Under the pieces are notes generated by a model. That model made no database searches. It worked only from the letters and a program-made list of their open reading frames with translations, and was not told where the DNA came from. Of a stretch of 64,000 bases of DNA, positions 1-13,797 are shown in pieces (within the stretch, counting starts at the first letter, position 1; every line of letters starts with the position of its first letter). The DNA is from Phyllosticta citribraziliensis. Lineage: Eukaryota. Both the position numbers and the translations under genes were made by a program. The stretch is from assembly GCF_038025025.1 (NCBI RefSeq), contig NW_027117346.1, positions 620,001 to 684,000 of the forward strand, in the 5' to 3' direction.

Positions 1-1047
1 TTTGAAACCCCCCCTTCTCTCTTTGATACCCATCTATCGTCTGGAGTGCGCGCAAGAAAAACAAAAATCGATGCAAAGTCGATATGAACATGGAACGACC
101 ATGGCTTATCCATCGAGCCAGACCACAACAAACCTGGCATGTCCGAGGGCGGGAAGAAGAAAGAAAGTTGGACGTGCGATGAACGATAAGAGTTTGCTCT
201 CTCATGTCCGTTGTGTTGTGCATGGAAGGGAGCGAATCCCCCGTCAAAGTGCGCCGTGGATTCTTGTCCCTCCTGACTTCATGTCTTGACGGACGTGGCA
301 TCGGAAGTTCCATAGGGCACCGCTGCTGGGTGCAGGGGGCATTATGTTTGGATTGCGATCTCTGGGTTTTCCCTTCCTCCCCAAGGCGTTCAAAGGCTGG
401 CTGGCAGGCAGGCAGGAGCAGCGGCGGGCTGGGCTTGCCGGGATTTATTGGTCACGATCATGTCTGCTCTGTGTGGGGTGGGAGTGGTGCAAGGTAGCTT
501 GCTTGCTTGCTTGCTGCTCCGGCCCAGACGCGCGAGACTAAAAATGGGAGTAGGAATAGAGCGGAATACAAAAGCTTTGGTATGTTGGACATTTGCTCTT
601 GATCTCGCATCTTGCTTTGAATGTGAATGCTTGTGGTCTTCTATCGTGCGTCCGTGGGGTGTTAATTGGATGCTCCTAGTGTATATCTTAATCGTGAGTT
701 GAGCCACAATGTTCGATGAGCTCGTCATGACGGAGGCCCTCCTACTGTCAAGTGTCCTGCCGCCCTTTAAACCATGTATTTGTGGCCAATTCAGTCAGGT
801 AGATGCCTGCCAGCGTTCGGCTGACTGCCTCTAATGAGACTGGCACAGCAGCATGGCCATGGGCAGCAAGACCTCGCTCAGATCGTCCTCAAGCCAGTCT
901 ACGGCATCACATCGTGAAGCACACACCGCACATAGCAGCAGTAAATCTCCGTTGCTCCAAGTTCTCTCGTCTCCTTCCTCTCCTCCGCTGCCATAGCCAT
1001 GCTGGCCGTCAAGTCCTCTCCCCTGTCCCCTTCTCTCCCGACCCAAA

Positions 1048-1635
1048 TCATCCAAACAACTCGTTCCCATCGCCATGCACCAACCGCGCCAACGCCCCAT
1101 CCCACCCCCTAACAACCCACCTTGACCGCGCCGCCGCCTCCTCCTCGCCTCTCGCGCCCAGCGCTGCCATTCTCCCGCCGCTGCCGCCCGCCGTCTCGCC
1201 CACCCACGCGCCGCATGCGCCTACCACGGCCGCGCCGTCGGCTAGTGGGGCGCGGATGATGGTGTGCGTTATTATGTGGGTTGCTGTCGCGGGAGATGGG
1301 GCGGCGGAGGAGGAGGAGGAGGAAGAGGTGGAGGAGGTACAAGGCGCAGAGGCCCCGACGTACAGTATGTCGAGCGGGATGGCGGCGCCGTGGTGGCCGT
1401 GGTGCTGGCGCAGGGCGGCGGTGAGGGCTTGGCGGAGGGTTATGGGGTCGACGACGGCGGTGGAGGAGGTAGATGCGGACGCCGTTTGCGGCGCGTGGTA
1501 GGTCAGGTGGATGTAGAGGTGGGGTGAGGGCGTGTAGGTGTGTTGTGTCCGTGTTGTTGCTGTTGCTGTTGCCGGCGTGGTGGTGGTGGTGGTGGTTTTG
1601 GCGGGTGGTTGGGAGAGGGGGAGTGTGGAGGGCAT
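1048..1635 (-). CDS. POP8: Ribonuclease P/MRP subunit Pop8-like protein (195 aa, single exon)
   Basis: ATG at 1635 (MPSTL...) inside ORF 1048..1890. The pattern YIHLT...DPITLRQALTAALRQHHGHHGAAIPLDIL...IRAPLADGAAVVGACGAWVG...WVVRG...GDGNELFG resembles fungal Pop8-like proteins (from memory). Divergent from ESS2. Confidence 0.7.
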   Translation of the reverse strand: MPSTLPLSQPPAKTTTTTTTPATATATTRTQHTYTPSPHLYIHLTYHAPQTASASTSSTAVVDPITLRQALTAALRQHHGHHGAAIPLDILYVGASAPCTSSTSSSSSSSAAPSPATATHIITHTIIRAPLADGAAVVGACGAWVGETAGGSGGRMAALGARGEEEAAARSRWVVRGWDGALARLVHGDGNELFG

Positions 1636-2095
1636 TGTGCGTGCGGCGGAGACGTGGAGGCGCGTAGCTTGCTTGGAGAGAGGCTTTTGTTGTGAGGGTC
1701 GTCTCTCGTTCGATTGGATAGGTGGTTGAGTGGTTTTGGATGCTAGCTCATGTGCTCGAGGACTTTTGTGCGGCGACGGGTGGGCGTTTGCGCAGTTGGA
1801 TTCGAGGAAGAGGCCGAGCAGTGGTGGGGGCGTAGATTGGCAATCGTGATTTTGGTAAGAGTCGCCTGTATTGAATGTACCTGTCACCAATTGAGTTTGT
1901 TCCTTGGGAAAATATGCTCGGCGACGGGAGCTCGTAGGGCTGAGCCGCGGGTGGCGCAGCCATCAAGATGCGGCTCGCCCGCAGTTCTCGACGCCACACT
2001 AGTACATCACTCCAACTTCAGTTCACAACGAACCTACCTATCACCAACGCTTGAACGCGGGGCACCCTTGAACACTCCCGCCCCGTGCGACCATC

Positions 2096-3667
2096 ATGGC
2101 ATCCCACGACGCCCCGTCGAAGGCGCTCACCAAGCGCGACGCCGAAACCGCGCTGATGCCTCCCCCGCCGGTCCCCAAACGCATAAAGCGCCCTCCCAAG
2201 GTCCTGGACGAAGACACGTACACGACGGCGCTGGACCACATCATTGCGCGCGACTTTTTCCCGGGCCTGCTCGAGACGGAGGCGCAGCAGGAGTACATCG
2301 ATGCGCTCGACTCGCACAACGACGAGTGGATCGCCGAGGCCGGGAGGAAGTTGACCCAGGTCATGACGCCAGGCCCCGACGGACGGAGAATGTTCACGCC
2401 GAAGCGGGGCACGGGGTTTGCGACGCCCATGAGGGCGCCGGTAGCGGGGGACACGCCGAGGGACTGGGTGGGCGACACGCCAGGCAGCGTCAAGAGGAAA
2501 GAGCTGGACTTGGGCACGTCCAAGGACGACTTCGAGCTGGAGAAGATGAAGAAGATGGGTCTGGGCAATTTTCAGGCAAAGTACACGTCCGAGGATAACG
2601 AGAGCTTCAACAAGCTGCTGGACAAGCAGAATCAGAAGAGGGCGGACGCGTACGCATGGCTGTGGCACGGCAACAAGATTCCCTCGGGCGGTCAGATAGC
2701 GTATCGCGAGCGCGAGCAAAAGCTGCTCGAGGCATCCAAGGAGTCGCAGAGAATCAGGAACAACGACCGCGCGCTGGTCAAGAGGGACCCAGAGAAGGAG
2801 GCCGACGCCGACGCAAGAAGAGCCATGCCCGAGCACAAGGCGTCGGCGCCGCGCAACGCGCTCATGTTCGCCCCCGACTCCATCGAGGACACGCACACGA
2901 CCCGGACCCAGGACGCCGAGGCCAGCTCCAACATGCCGCCCAAGCAAGTGCTCTACAACAACACGCGGCTGCAACCGCCGGGCGAGCTCAACAACGCCAA
3001 CGCAGACGCCGTTCCCCCTTCGCCCTCGCTCTCCGCCGTCAACGACGCCATAGCCGGCCGCCCGCGCCCGTCCGCCTCCGAGGCTGCCTACGCGGGCAGC
3101 GAGACGCCGCGCGTCAACGGGTACGCCTTCGTCGACGCCGACGACCCGGAACCCGAGCCCGCCGTGCCCGCGGCCGACAAGTCGCTGCTCCAGAAGCTCG
3201 GCATCGCGGGCGACGCCGGTCCCCCGAACCCCTTCACCATCAAGCAGGCCAGCAAGCGCGAGGAGCTGCACCACCGCCTCGTCGACAAGACGCTCAAATC
3301 GAAAAGGGAGGCGAGCGGCGGCGGCAGCGGCAGCGGCAGCAGTGCCGCAGCAAACAACAGACTCGCCGCGCTGCGAGAGCCCGCCGGCGCAAACAAAACG
3401 CCCACGCCCAAATTCGCCAGCAGCCCGATTGTCGCGGGCAAGGCTCGCGGCGGTGGTGGTGGTGGTGGTGGTGGCGGTGGTGCCTTGACGCCAGCAGCGC
3501 AGCGGCTGTTCGACAAGGTCGGCGGCCACACGCCGAAGCGCGAGGAGGGCGCGTGGAGCAGCGCTTTCGGTGCCTCGAGCTCGACGCCCAGGGCGCTGGG
3601 AGGAGAGAGGGCGAACAGGGAGAGAGTGCGGTGGACGCCGACGCCCAAGGTCAGGAGGGCCCCTTGA
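2096..3667 (+). CDS. ESS2: Nuclear protein ES2/ESS2 (DGCR14, S. pombe Bis1) splicing-associated factor
   Basis: 523-aa intronless ORF with family motifs VLDEDTYTTALDHIIARDFFPGL, FQAKYTSEDNESF, RNALMFAPD, TPRVNGYAFV and LTPAAQRLF. Confidence 0.93.
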   Translation: MASHDAPSKALTKRDAETALMPPPPVPKRIKRPPKVLDEDTYTTALDHIIARDFFPGLLETEAQQEYIDALDSHNDEWIAEAGRKLTQVMTPGPDGRRMFTPKRGTGFATPMRAPVAGDTPRDWVGDTPGSVKRKELDLGTSKDDFELEKMKKMGLGNFQAKYTSEDNESFNKLLDKQNQKRADAYAWLWHGNKIPSGGQIAYREREQKLLEASKESQRIRNNDRALVKRDPEKEADADARRAMPEHKASAPRNALMFAPDSIEDTHTTRTQDAEASSNMPPKQVLYNNTRLQPPGELNNANADAVPPSPSLSAVNDAIAGRPRPSASEAAYAGSETPRVNGYAFVDADDPEPEPAVPAADKSLLQKLGIAGDAGPPNPFTIKQASKREELHHRLVDKTLKSKREASGGGSGSGSSAAANNRLAALREPAGANKTPTPKFASSPIVAGKARGGGGGGGGGGGALTPAAQRLFDKVGGHTPKREEGAWSSAFGASSSTPRALGGERANRERVRWTPTPKVRRAP

Positions 3668-4827
3668 GGTGTGTTTTGCGGTGGGCGGATGTTCTTTTTA
3701 CATGTAGGGATGGGCTTGTGGACTGTGATACCCCCTTTTTTCTTTTTGCCACGTGAATATTATTTGCAGTTTAAAAAAGATGTTACCACCTTCGACTTGT
3801 GTTGTGCTCGATGTGCTTGTGCCTCCACGACCGAGCCGTTCTCATTCACCAATCGCTCATTGATTCTACCTTTTCCCCCTGACTGATGGGTCGATGACGG
3901 CCACCGAGGGGAAAGCAGAGGAGGCGCAAATCTTGAAGAAAACGTTCACACCAACCACCACCTCCAACAGAGCAGCAACACCGTGCATGTTCACAAGCAG
4001 ATACGCAAGGAGGACTTCAATTCCAAAATCCATGTAATCATCAATTCATATCCGATCCCGTGGCTCATTCCTCATTTCATGCAGCGAGCACAGTCGCCAA
4101 TCGTCAGCCGCGTCAGAAAGCGTTTCGTCTCGTGTCGACCGTCAATCCGTTCGTCCATCCGTCCGACCTTCTACTCCTGCACGGCCCAAAAATAGGGAGC
4201 CTTTTTGAAAGGAAACCCACGTACAAGACTCACCCATAAAACCATATCCGCTCCCCATCCACCCTGTCGAATAATCATAAGCAAGAGAAAGGAAGAGACC
4301 ACCTGGGCGGCGACACAGGCCGCCCAACCGCAGACGGCAGCAGCGACGCCAGCCAGCGACCAATCAATCTAACGCCGGGTGCGCCATTTCCCCTGACCTT
4401 TTCCTATTTCCAGCGCTTTCCCCCGAGCACCGTTGCTTCAAAAGAGGGTATACTGCGAATGGCTGGACGGGGCAGACTGCTGCCTCCCTACCGGGCGTTC
4501 CAATCCAGGAACTCCATCTGATCTGACCGGGGACCAACTCCGTGAAAGCAAATGATCACCTGACGCCGGACTGGTAGAACGCGAGCAAGGGCAAGGGCAA
4601 GAGTAAGAGCAGGGCAAGAAAGGGCAAAGCTGGGAATGATTCAAGGAAGCCCAACGAAGCTCTTAGCTAAAAGCAAAAATATTAGTGTGAAGTATGCTTG
4701 GAGTAGCTGGAGGTCGCTGTCTCCGAGGTTCTGTGAGGTGCCAAGATAGGGGTTAGGCCGTAATTAGAGGTCGGCTGTGCGCCTTGAGAGACGTCGAATC
4801 CGGGTTGAGCGACAACGACAGAACCTC

Positions 4828-7800
4828 TCAAAGCTGTGGCCGGTACTGTCCCTGGACCGCGGATGGAGGCTGGGCTGGCAACATGCGAGGCGCTCCCGGC
4901 GCGGGCCCTTGCTCCATAGGCGTATACCGTCTCTCCCAGTCCGGAGGAACATAATGGGCGGGATTAAAGCGTTTAGCCATCGAAGTCATGAACGTCTGCA
5001 GCCAAAGGATCTCGTCTTGAGTCCCATGGATCAAAACTTCTTGCTGTTGCGCCCGTTCTATAATTTTTGGGACGAGCGTGTTGTGGGCATTTTCCATAAA
5101 GGAGATTTTGACGTTGAGGTCAGGAATTTGAGTGTCGTGTAGACGGACGAAGCGTGACAGGGAGTTGATGTCACGTCGTCCGCTCTTGATGATATCAAGA
5201 TCCTGTAGATTCTTGACGTCTTGCTGCAGCCCTGTCCACAAGCCGACCAGTTTCCTTTTCAAGTGTCTCCCATCTTCTTTAGCTTGGGCCTCGAGCACCT
5301 TGACATGCTCTTCGAATTTCCGTATCTCGTTAGATATCATCTCTAAAACGGCGTCCTGCGAAAGTTGGGGTGGCGCGGTGCTGACTGCATTTCGAGGGAT
5401 GTTGTCGACCTGAGACCGCACTTGTTCCAACTCCTGACCTATGTTTTCGACCTGGGCTCGAAGTTGCTTGACCTCGCGATCCAGCTGCTCTGATTCTTGA
5501 GTGCGAGCTGGTAGAGCTTCCACGCGCTCGCTAAGCTGATCAAACTTTCGGCTCAGCTCTTGAAACTGACCGGGCAGAAGGTGGGACTTCTCGTTCAGAG
5601 CGGCAATCTGGTTCTCGAGCTTGTTCTGCTCGTCCCACAGGTCACCTTCTCGGTCATTTTCCTCGTCTTTGTCTTCTAATTCTTTCACTCGGTCATCCAA
5701 GCCGTCGTTTTTAGCTTCCTGTCTTTTCAAGCCTTCTTCGTACTTGTCTTCGAATTTTTTCACTCGATCATCCAGGCCATCCGTTCTAGCTTCTAGTCTC
5801 TTCTGGCGTTCTTCGAATGTCCTTTGATCGATTCTGATGGTGGCTAGTGGCGAAGTCTGGCCATCATCGGACCGACCTTCGCCCCTGCCGTTGCGCTTGA
5901 TAAGCGTGCATATGGTGTCGTACAAAGGCATTCGGTAGAAATCGTCTTCGCGGTGGTCGATGTTACGACGAATCCATACGATGGCCCCGCTGAATTGGTC
6001 TGCCTCCTCCTTTAAACGTGTAACATCTTCCTGCCCGGCTTCAAAATTTGTCTCGAGCTCGTGCAAACGGCGTGCATCACTGGACGCGACCTTCTGTACA
6101 GCTTCAATTTTCGCCTCGAGCTCGTGCACACGGCGTGCATCACTGGACGCGACCTCCTGTACAGCTTCAACGTTCGCTTCGAGCTTTCGTACCCGTGCAG
6201 GTAGATCTTGACTGACATTCTGTAGCCTGCCAATGTCTTCTGTGTGAAGCCGAGACTGTGATTTGAGCGTCCGCACATCTGCACGTACGTCCAAGTCCAA
6301 AGTGCTTTTCTTCAAGTCCCGGAAATCCACTGCCAAAGACTCGGTCTGTGCCTTGAGTGTCTCGATATCTGATTGAGGGCCACTGTTGAAGGTGACCTCT
6401 TCTTTCAACTTCTTGAAGTCTTCCGCCAGAGCTTCAGTTTGTGACTTGGAAGATGAGTGTGCTTGTTCCAGCTTCTGTATGCTGTCTCTCCAGGCCTCGG
6501 ATTTGGCGTTCAATTGCTCCAACTGAGATTGTGAGCCGTTGCCAGAAGTGGTCAGCTTCTCAATTCCTTCCTCGAAACCCTGCGACTTTGACTTGAGAAT
6601 TTCGAGCTCGGATCGCAAATCGTCGGTAGCAGAAGCTTCCTCTAGCTTGGCATGGCCTTCCTCGAGAGCTTTGGTCTTTGATTGAAGCTGCTCCAGATCC
6701 GAGCGCAAGTCATTTGCAGACCCTGCTTCTTGCGACTTCTGGATAGCATCCGCTAGGGACTTGCTTTTCGCGTCAAGTCTCGACAGTCCCGGCCGGAGGT
6801 CCTTGTCCACCTTTCCCTCTAGGGTTTTGATTCTGTCCTCGTGTTTCTGAACTCGATTCTGAAGGTCAGGTGATGGACTGCGCCTTGAGGTGTTGGCTTC
6901 TTCTAGGGTCTTGAGCCGGTTGTCGTGCTCCGCAAGCGATTTACACCATCTCTTTACCGCACCTTCGCTAAGACCAGCTTTTCGCAATTCCCAAGACTCG
7001 TCCTGAACCCTGTCCAAGCTGGCGAGCTGTTTTTGCATCTGCTTACTTGTTGTTTCTCGCTCACCAGCTAGTTTTTTGTCCATGACAGAGGTCATTTCAG
7101 CCTGGTGGCTGGCACGTTCATCGGCCAATTTTTGGTCAACGACGGGGGTCATTTCGGCTTTGAGAGTATCCTTGTAACCTGTCATTCGTGCATCCACCTT
7201 TTGCTCAACCATCTGCAACAATTCGTCTTTCAAGTCCGGTTTTGGACGCTCGTCAGCTAGCTTCTTGTCGATGTCAGAGCTCATCTCGATTCTGAGGCTA
7301 GCTTTGTATCCTGTCATTCTTGCATCGAGTTTTGAGTCGATCATTTGCGACACTTCGCTCAGATCCAAGTCGGCTGCTCCAATGGGTTTTATGTTTGACG
7401 GCTGAGGGAGTTGTTGCCAAATTCTGTCAAACGCGTCGATCAGCTGCCCTTGCAGCTGTTGCTCGTCATCAATCAGCTGGTGCAGCTTGTCTTGTTGCTT
7501 TTTGAGCTCAGCATCATAATGATCCCGTTTCGTCAAAGCTTCGTCCGCTTGGGCCTGCCAGGTAGCCGTTATGCGAACTTCCAGGCTCCTTTGACAGGTA
7601 TCATACTCATCCTGGGCTAATCTTCGGGCCATGGATAGCGAGTTCATTTCGAACAATGTGTCGGCGATTTGATGCTTTAGTTCTTTTTGCCGGTCTGATA
7701 TGCCAGGGTCGAAGTAGGATGTTTTCCCAGTGTTGGATGGAGACATGGCAACGGGAGTGGTTGATGGGGCAGCATTACCAAACTGTGCAGTTGGCATGGG

Positions 7801-8336
7801 GGCGTATGGAATGCTGGGCCTGGTTGGTTTTGCCGGTATTTGATGTTTTGACGCTTCCGTTGGGGAGTGCGTCCTGGGACTTTGATTTGAGTCTGGCAGC
7901 GGCCGCCGGCGCGGATCCTGTGATGGTTCCGATTGACGGCGCCTCGGGTCTGATGGCCGCCTTGGATCCATTGTCGTTTCTACCGGAGAAGGAGGCTTTG
8001 AAGAAGACGCTGGCCTGGGGCCTCCTGCTCCAGAAGGGGCCTAAATGATGTGTCAGAGACGATTTCATGGGCGCCAGCGGTTGAAGCATGTGAAAACGGA
8101 TGTTTGGGTGAGATGTGCCGGATTGACCAAGTGAGGCGGGAACAAGCAATCTTGGCCTCAAGAGCTGGTTTCATGGGACGAAACTGAGAGAGCTTAGGTC
8201 TCACCTGGTCTGCTTGGTATTTGGTAGGGTCGTCAACCTTGGGTTTCTTGGCAGGCGGCAGGACGTCTCCGCTGTCAGGTGACCGTCGCAACCTCTTGAC
8301 ACCCTCGTTCTTGCTTGGCCTCAAAGGATTCACCAT
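4828..8336 (-). CDS. Large orphan coiled-coil protein (~1114 aa, 2 exons)
   Basis: Exon 1 8336-8205 (MVNPLRPSK...YQADQ, NLS-like PPAKKPK). Phase-0 intron 8204-8041 (GTGAGA...CTGAC...TTTAG). Exon 2 from 8040 reads in frame into the 1047-aa ORF, which has extensive heptad periodicity. No catalytic motif seen. Confidence 0.75.
6053..6200 (-). repeat. 63-bp tandem duplication inside the coiled-coil CDS (21 aa, 3 heptads)
   Basis: ctcgagctcgtgca(a/c)acggcgtgcatcactggacgcgacct(t/c)ctgtacagcttcaa occurs twice in tandem plus a partial third copy; protein EAVQEVASSDARRVHELEAKI-EAVQKVASSDARRLHELE. Confidence 0.9.
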
Positions 8337-9013
8337 GTCAAAAGACTGAGCTGGTCAAGAGAGAGAGCGGGATGCAGAGGTTGGGTGGTTGGTGTAAAGC
8401 CGGAGCGATGAGTGCCGTGCATGGGACGCCGCGACGCGTCGGATCCGTTTGACGTGGCGCGGAACAGAACCACGGTCCCGGATGTCGGGAATGGAGGGAA
8501 GGATCGAGTGTGAGTGCAGGCTTTTGTATGAAGAGGAAGGACTAGCGGGTGAAGAGTTGTCGAGGAGCAAGAGCATACATTATCAGAGACGTGCGTGCAG
8601 TGGAGGGCGTTGGGTTTTGTCACACGAAGAAGCAATCGGCGCCGGGCGTTTGTAGAAGTTGCGAGAGGCACATATGCAGTGCAGGTTAGATACCTGTACT
8701 TTACCTCTTCTCTTGTAAAATGCAGTGGAGTCTCGGACAGCAGCCTTCACCTGCGCATGGCCGTGGATGGCTTCGCTTCAGCCGTTGGTCGTAACACGTC
8801 GGACACTGCAGCCAGGGCAGCCACCTGCAGGGCCAGAGGCACGTAGTCTCGTGTGCTCCCGTCAGGTCAGGCTTGTCCGTCGGGTATCCGTCCCCCGCCT
8901 CCAGTCGCGTCCCGTCGGCTATTCTTCGTGTCAAGACTGGACGCCGATGCGCTCGGGCCGTTTCCGCGCGTGTTGGTTCCGTTAGGTTGCCTTACCTAAC
9001 AACCGCAAGGTAG

Positions 9014-10667
<1,654 letters not shown>

Positions 10668-11317
10668 ACAGCATCGACCGACAAGCCAACGGGCGCAGAA
10701 GCAGGGCGTCACAATCGCCGCGCTTTACAAAATCACCAACACCGAGAGGAGTGACCGGCCAACAAGTTCCCCGCGATTACTTCTTCTTTTCGCAGCTGCT
10801 GAACATCCCAAGGCACGGCCATGCGCACCCACGACATCTTTGGCGCGGTGGTTGCTTGCTTGGGCCCTCTCCATTTTCTCCCCCCTTCTTCGACTGGCGG
10901 ACTGCTTGAAAAAAGCGGTGCGGGTACTGGCGTCTGGTGCACAATGCGGGTTTCTCAATCACTGAATGGACGGGCGGACGGTGGGACCGGACACGGACGA
11001 CACGGGGTGCCAGGAGTTGGTATGCAAAAAAAGAGTAGGACGAGATGGAAAGACTGCAAGAGTGCGCGAGAGAGACGTGGTGGACGAGTAATACTGCGAT
11101 GGTACGTTCTGCGCCTTGCGGCGGAATTGGGCGGGGGGGGGGGGGGGGGGGCAAATCGTGGGTTGCGCAGTCTTTCCGTGTTTGAGTAGAGAGGAAGGAA
11201 GAATGAATGTTGAATGAATTTGACTTTGTATCTTTTCTACACAAATTACAACTGTTGTGATGTGCTACTGACTTTCGGCGTTGCTTTTCCCTCTCACTTT
11301 ACTCTGCTATGTCCTCT

Positions 11318-12807
11318 TCATGTTCCTTCTTTTCCTACTGCCTGCTCCGCTGTGGCGGCGCCCTCCTCTCCAGATTCGGTGGCCTGGCCTCCCTCCTTGA
11401 CCACACAACTGACCAAGCCCTTCCCCTGAATCGCAAACTCCATGCCTTTACCTTCGCTCGGCGGCGCCCATGCTGCCCACACAACCTTCATCCAGCGGCG
11501 CCAGCGCCTCACCTCGTGTCCATTGCCCCGCCAGTCTTCGCGCCCGTCTGCTGCCGTCGACACCCATCCCCCTGCCGCGCCTCCGTACACGGGCTGCTTA
11601 AGCAACGCGATGCGAGCCGCAATCTGATTACTCCAGACGAGACCGAGCGAAGGCGTTTTGAGAGCGTACGACGGTGCGCGCGTGTCGCCCCAGCCGGTAA
11701 ACCAGCGCTGCTGGTGGTCGAGCGTCAACGGGTCAGGCGTGAGCGTCAGCGCTTCATTCGGAGTTGCGGCAGGGTGGACGAGGGGCGGAGGCGGCGGCGT
11801 CTCGGTGCGCTGGCTGTTATTCCACGACGGGGTGCGCGAGGTCGGGGCGCTGGCAGACGAGGCAGCGACGGCCGACGGCGGCGTGAAGCGGTCGGCTACC
11901 TGGTTTGCAGTGACGACAGCGACGTTGTGCGCCCGCGCGATTTTGCGCAGCAGCGAGCCCAGCTGCACGAGCTGCGCGGAACGCTGGGCCATGGCGAGGC
12001 CGCTGGCGCGCTGCTGGCCATGACTCGTGCCTTCCGGCCGCTCGAACTCGGCGCGGTAGTTTGCGGCGACCGAGTCGATGACGATGAGCCCGACGTTGTG
12101 GCGCGTGATGGCGATGGGCAGCTGGTAGCGCAGGATGTGGTCTTGGGATTCGAGGTCGGGCGTTTGGATGCTGAGGACGCGTTCGAGCGAGGGGCGAGCC
12201 GACTCGGAAAGGGAGGAGAGTAGGGGGTGCTCTCGGAGGAGTTGGTCTAGACGGTTTGTTGCGAGGGCGGCTTCGGTAGAGATGTATATGGCCGATTTGG
12301 ATAGGCCCCGAGGCGGTGCGAGTTGGACGGAGAGTAAGAGCGTCAGAAGAAATTGTGTCTTGCCGGCGCCGCTGTGAAACCAGGTCAGCGGTATGTTCGA
12401 CGGCTATGGTGTGCAAAGAATGCGCACCTTTCCCCAGTAATTTCTGCAAGGTATCCAGCTGGTATGCCTCCTCCGAGCTCACCATCAAGCCCCTCATCCA
12501 GAGTACTGATGGTCTGCCATCCTTCCTTCAAACCACTACTATGTGACACGTCGGTTTCGGCCGTAGGGCTGCTATCATGAGGCGTGGCGTCGTTCAAATG
12601 GAGCTGGGCGTGAAGGTCGTGCAGAATGGCATCAGCGAGGCGCTTGACCTCGGCGACGGGGACCTGGGCCCGCTTGGCGACGTCGAGGGCATCGAGGGTG
12701 AGGATGTCGCTGGTCGTGACCTTGTGGCGGTCGAGCGAGGGCAGCAGGTGGGCAAAGTCCTGGGAGAGGTGAGGACTGTCGGGGAGGACGTGCAAGAGGT
12801 CTGTCAT
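11318..12807 (-). CDS. RAD57: Rad51 paralogue Rad57 (XRCC3-like) DNA repair protein
   Basis: Exon 1 12807-12428, intron 12427-12372, exon 2 to the stop at 11318. The spliced product has GGGIPAGYLAEITGESGAGKTQ, YISTE, DLESQDHILRYQLP, IVIDSVAANYRAE, ANQVADRF and PSLGLVWSNQI. Confidence 0.93.
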
Positions 12808-13797
12808 CTGCTGTGGAGGGTCCAGACATGAGAGAGGTGACGTTGGCGAGCGGGCATGCAGAGCCCTGTCATTCGGCAGCTCCCTTCATCCGTGCTGCTG
12901 CACCCCAGCCGGACCAAGTCATCCGTCCCCACGCGGCTCCAGACGGAACATCATCCTGCTCCTGGAACTGCTCCGCTGCCACGCGCCATCTGCTTGTTCG
13001 CCCGTAAGCAGACCGTTCTGTACATGTCTCGTTAAATGTAAGCGTTGTGATCTCATGCCGTCAGTCGTCGAGTCGCTTTATTTCCTCGCTTTTGCGCGTT
13101 ATTTCACGAGTTGGCAGCATCATATCCGCACCGTCTTATTCGCCGACTACCCTTGTTACTATATCCCACCTTCTGGACTTCCTCTCGTCCGCTCAGCTTG
13201 TCAGAACCACGAACCCCTACCCACTCCCACCCCTCGGCGCTAGATCAAGCAGCTTTCTTCCACTCGGCCGGCGCTCGGACATCTCCTACTGGCTGTACCA
13301 CTCTCATACAGCCGCATCTCCAACTTTAATCCCTCTGTCCAACACGTGCGACAGAGCAGCTACCTGGCGCGCAACTGAGTTCAGCGTCAAGCGCGGAAGC
13401 GGGAGCGGAGCGGACAGAGCGCGGAGAAAAAGGTACCTGGTAAGTCAGTCTTGCGTCCGAAGAGGAACACTTCCGTGTGGCCGGATCGGCCCTAGAATGC
13501 GCGATGCTGTCACTCGGTTCTGGATGTGTGGAGATTCACATGGTATCCTCGGCGGGGTTGAAAGCTGCTGGCCTTGCGCATTCCCTTTCGTCCACCACTG
13601 CGCTTGTTTAATAACTAGCAGACCATCTCGACCCCTGACCCCTTCCTCTACTTCACTATTTTCATTTTGCTCTTGCTTCCATGCCACTGTACTACTTGCA
13701 AGACTGTCACTATTTCTACCGTACTGCGTTGCGGCTGCTCAACATTTCAACCATCATCTCACCTTTGCACGGTTGAACTCTTCTGACCCTTCTCAAA

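Noticed and set aside
2018..3756. Long overlapping ORFs (503 aa minus, 366 aa plus) over ESS2
   Set aside because: Shadow frames of a GC3-rich CDS with no recognisable motifs.
11133..11151. Poly-G run, and other simple repeats (GCTT near 500, GCGAT near 20720, poly-A near 50140, 16-bp doublet near 49017)
   Set aside because: Ordinary microsatellites or homopolymers with no associated structure.
13232..13552. Two CCTCGG (FarA/FarB-type) hexamers upstream of facC
   Set aside because: Biologically plausible, but the hexamer is frequent in GC-rich DNA and cannot be told from chance without conservation data.
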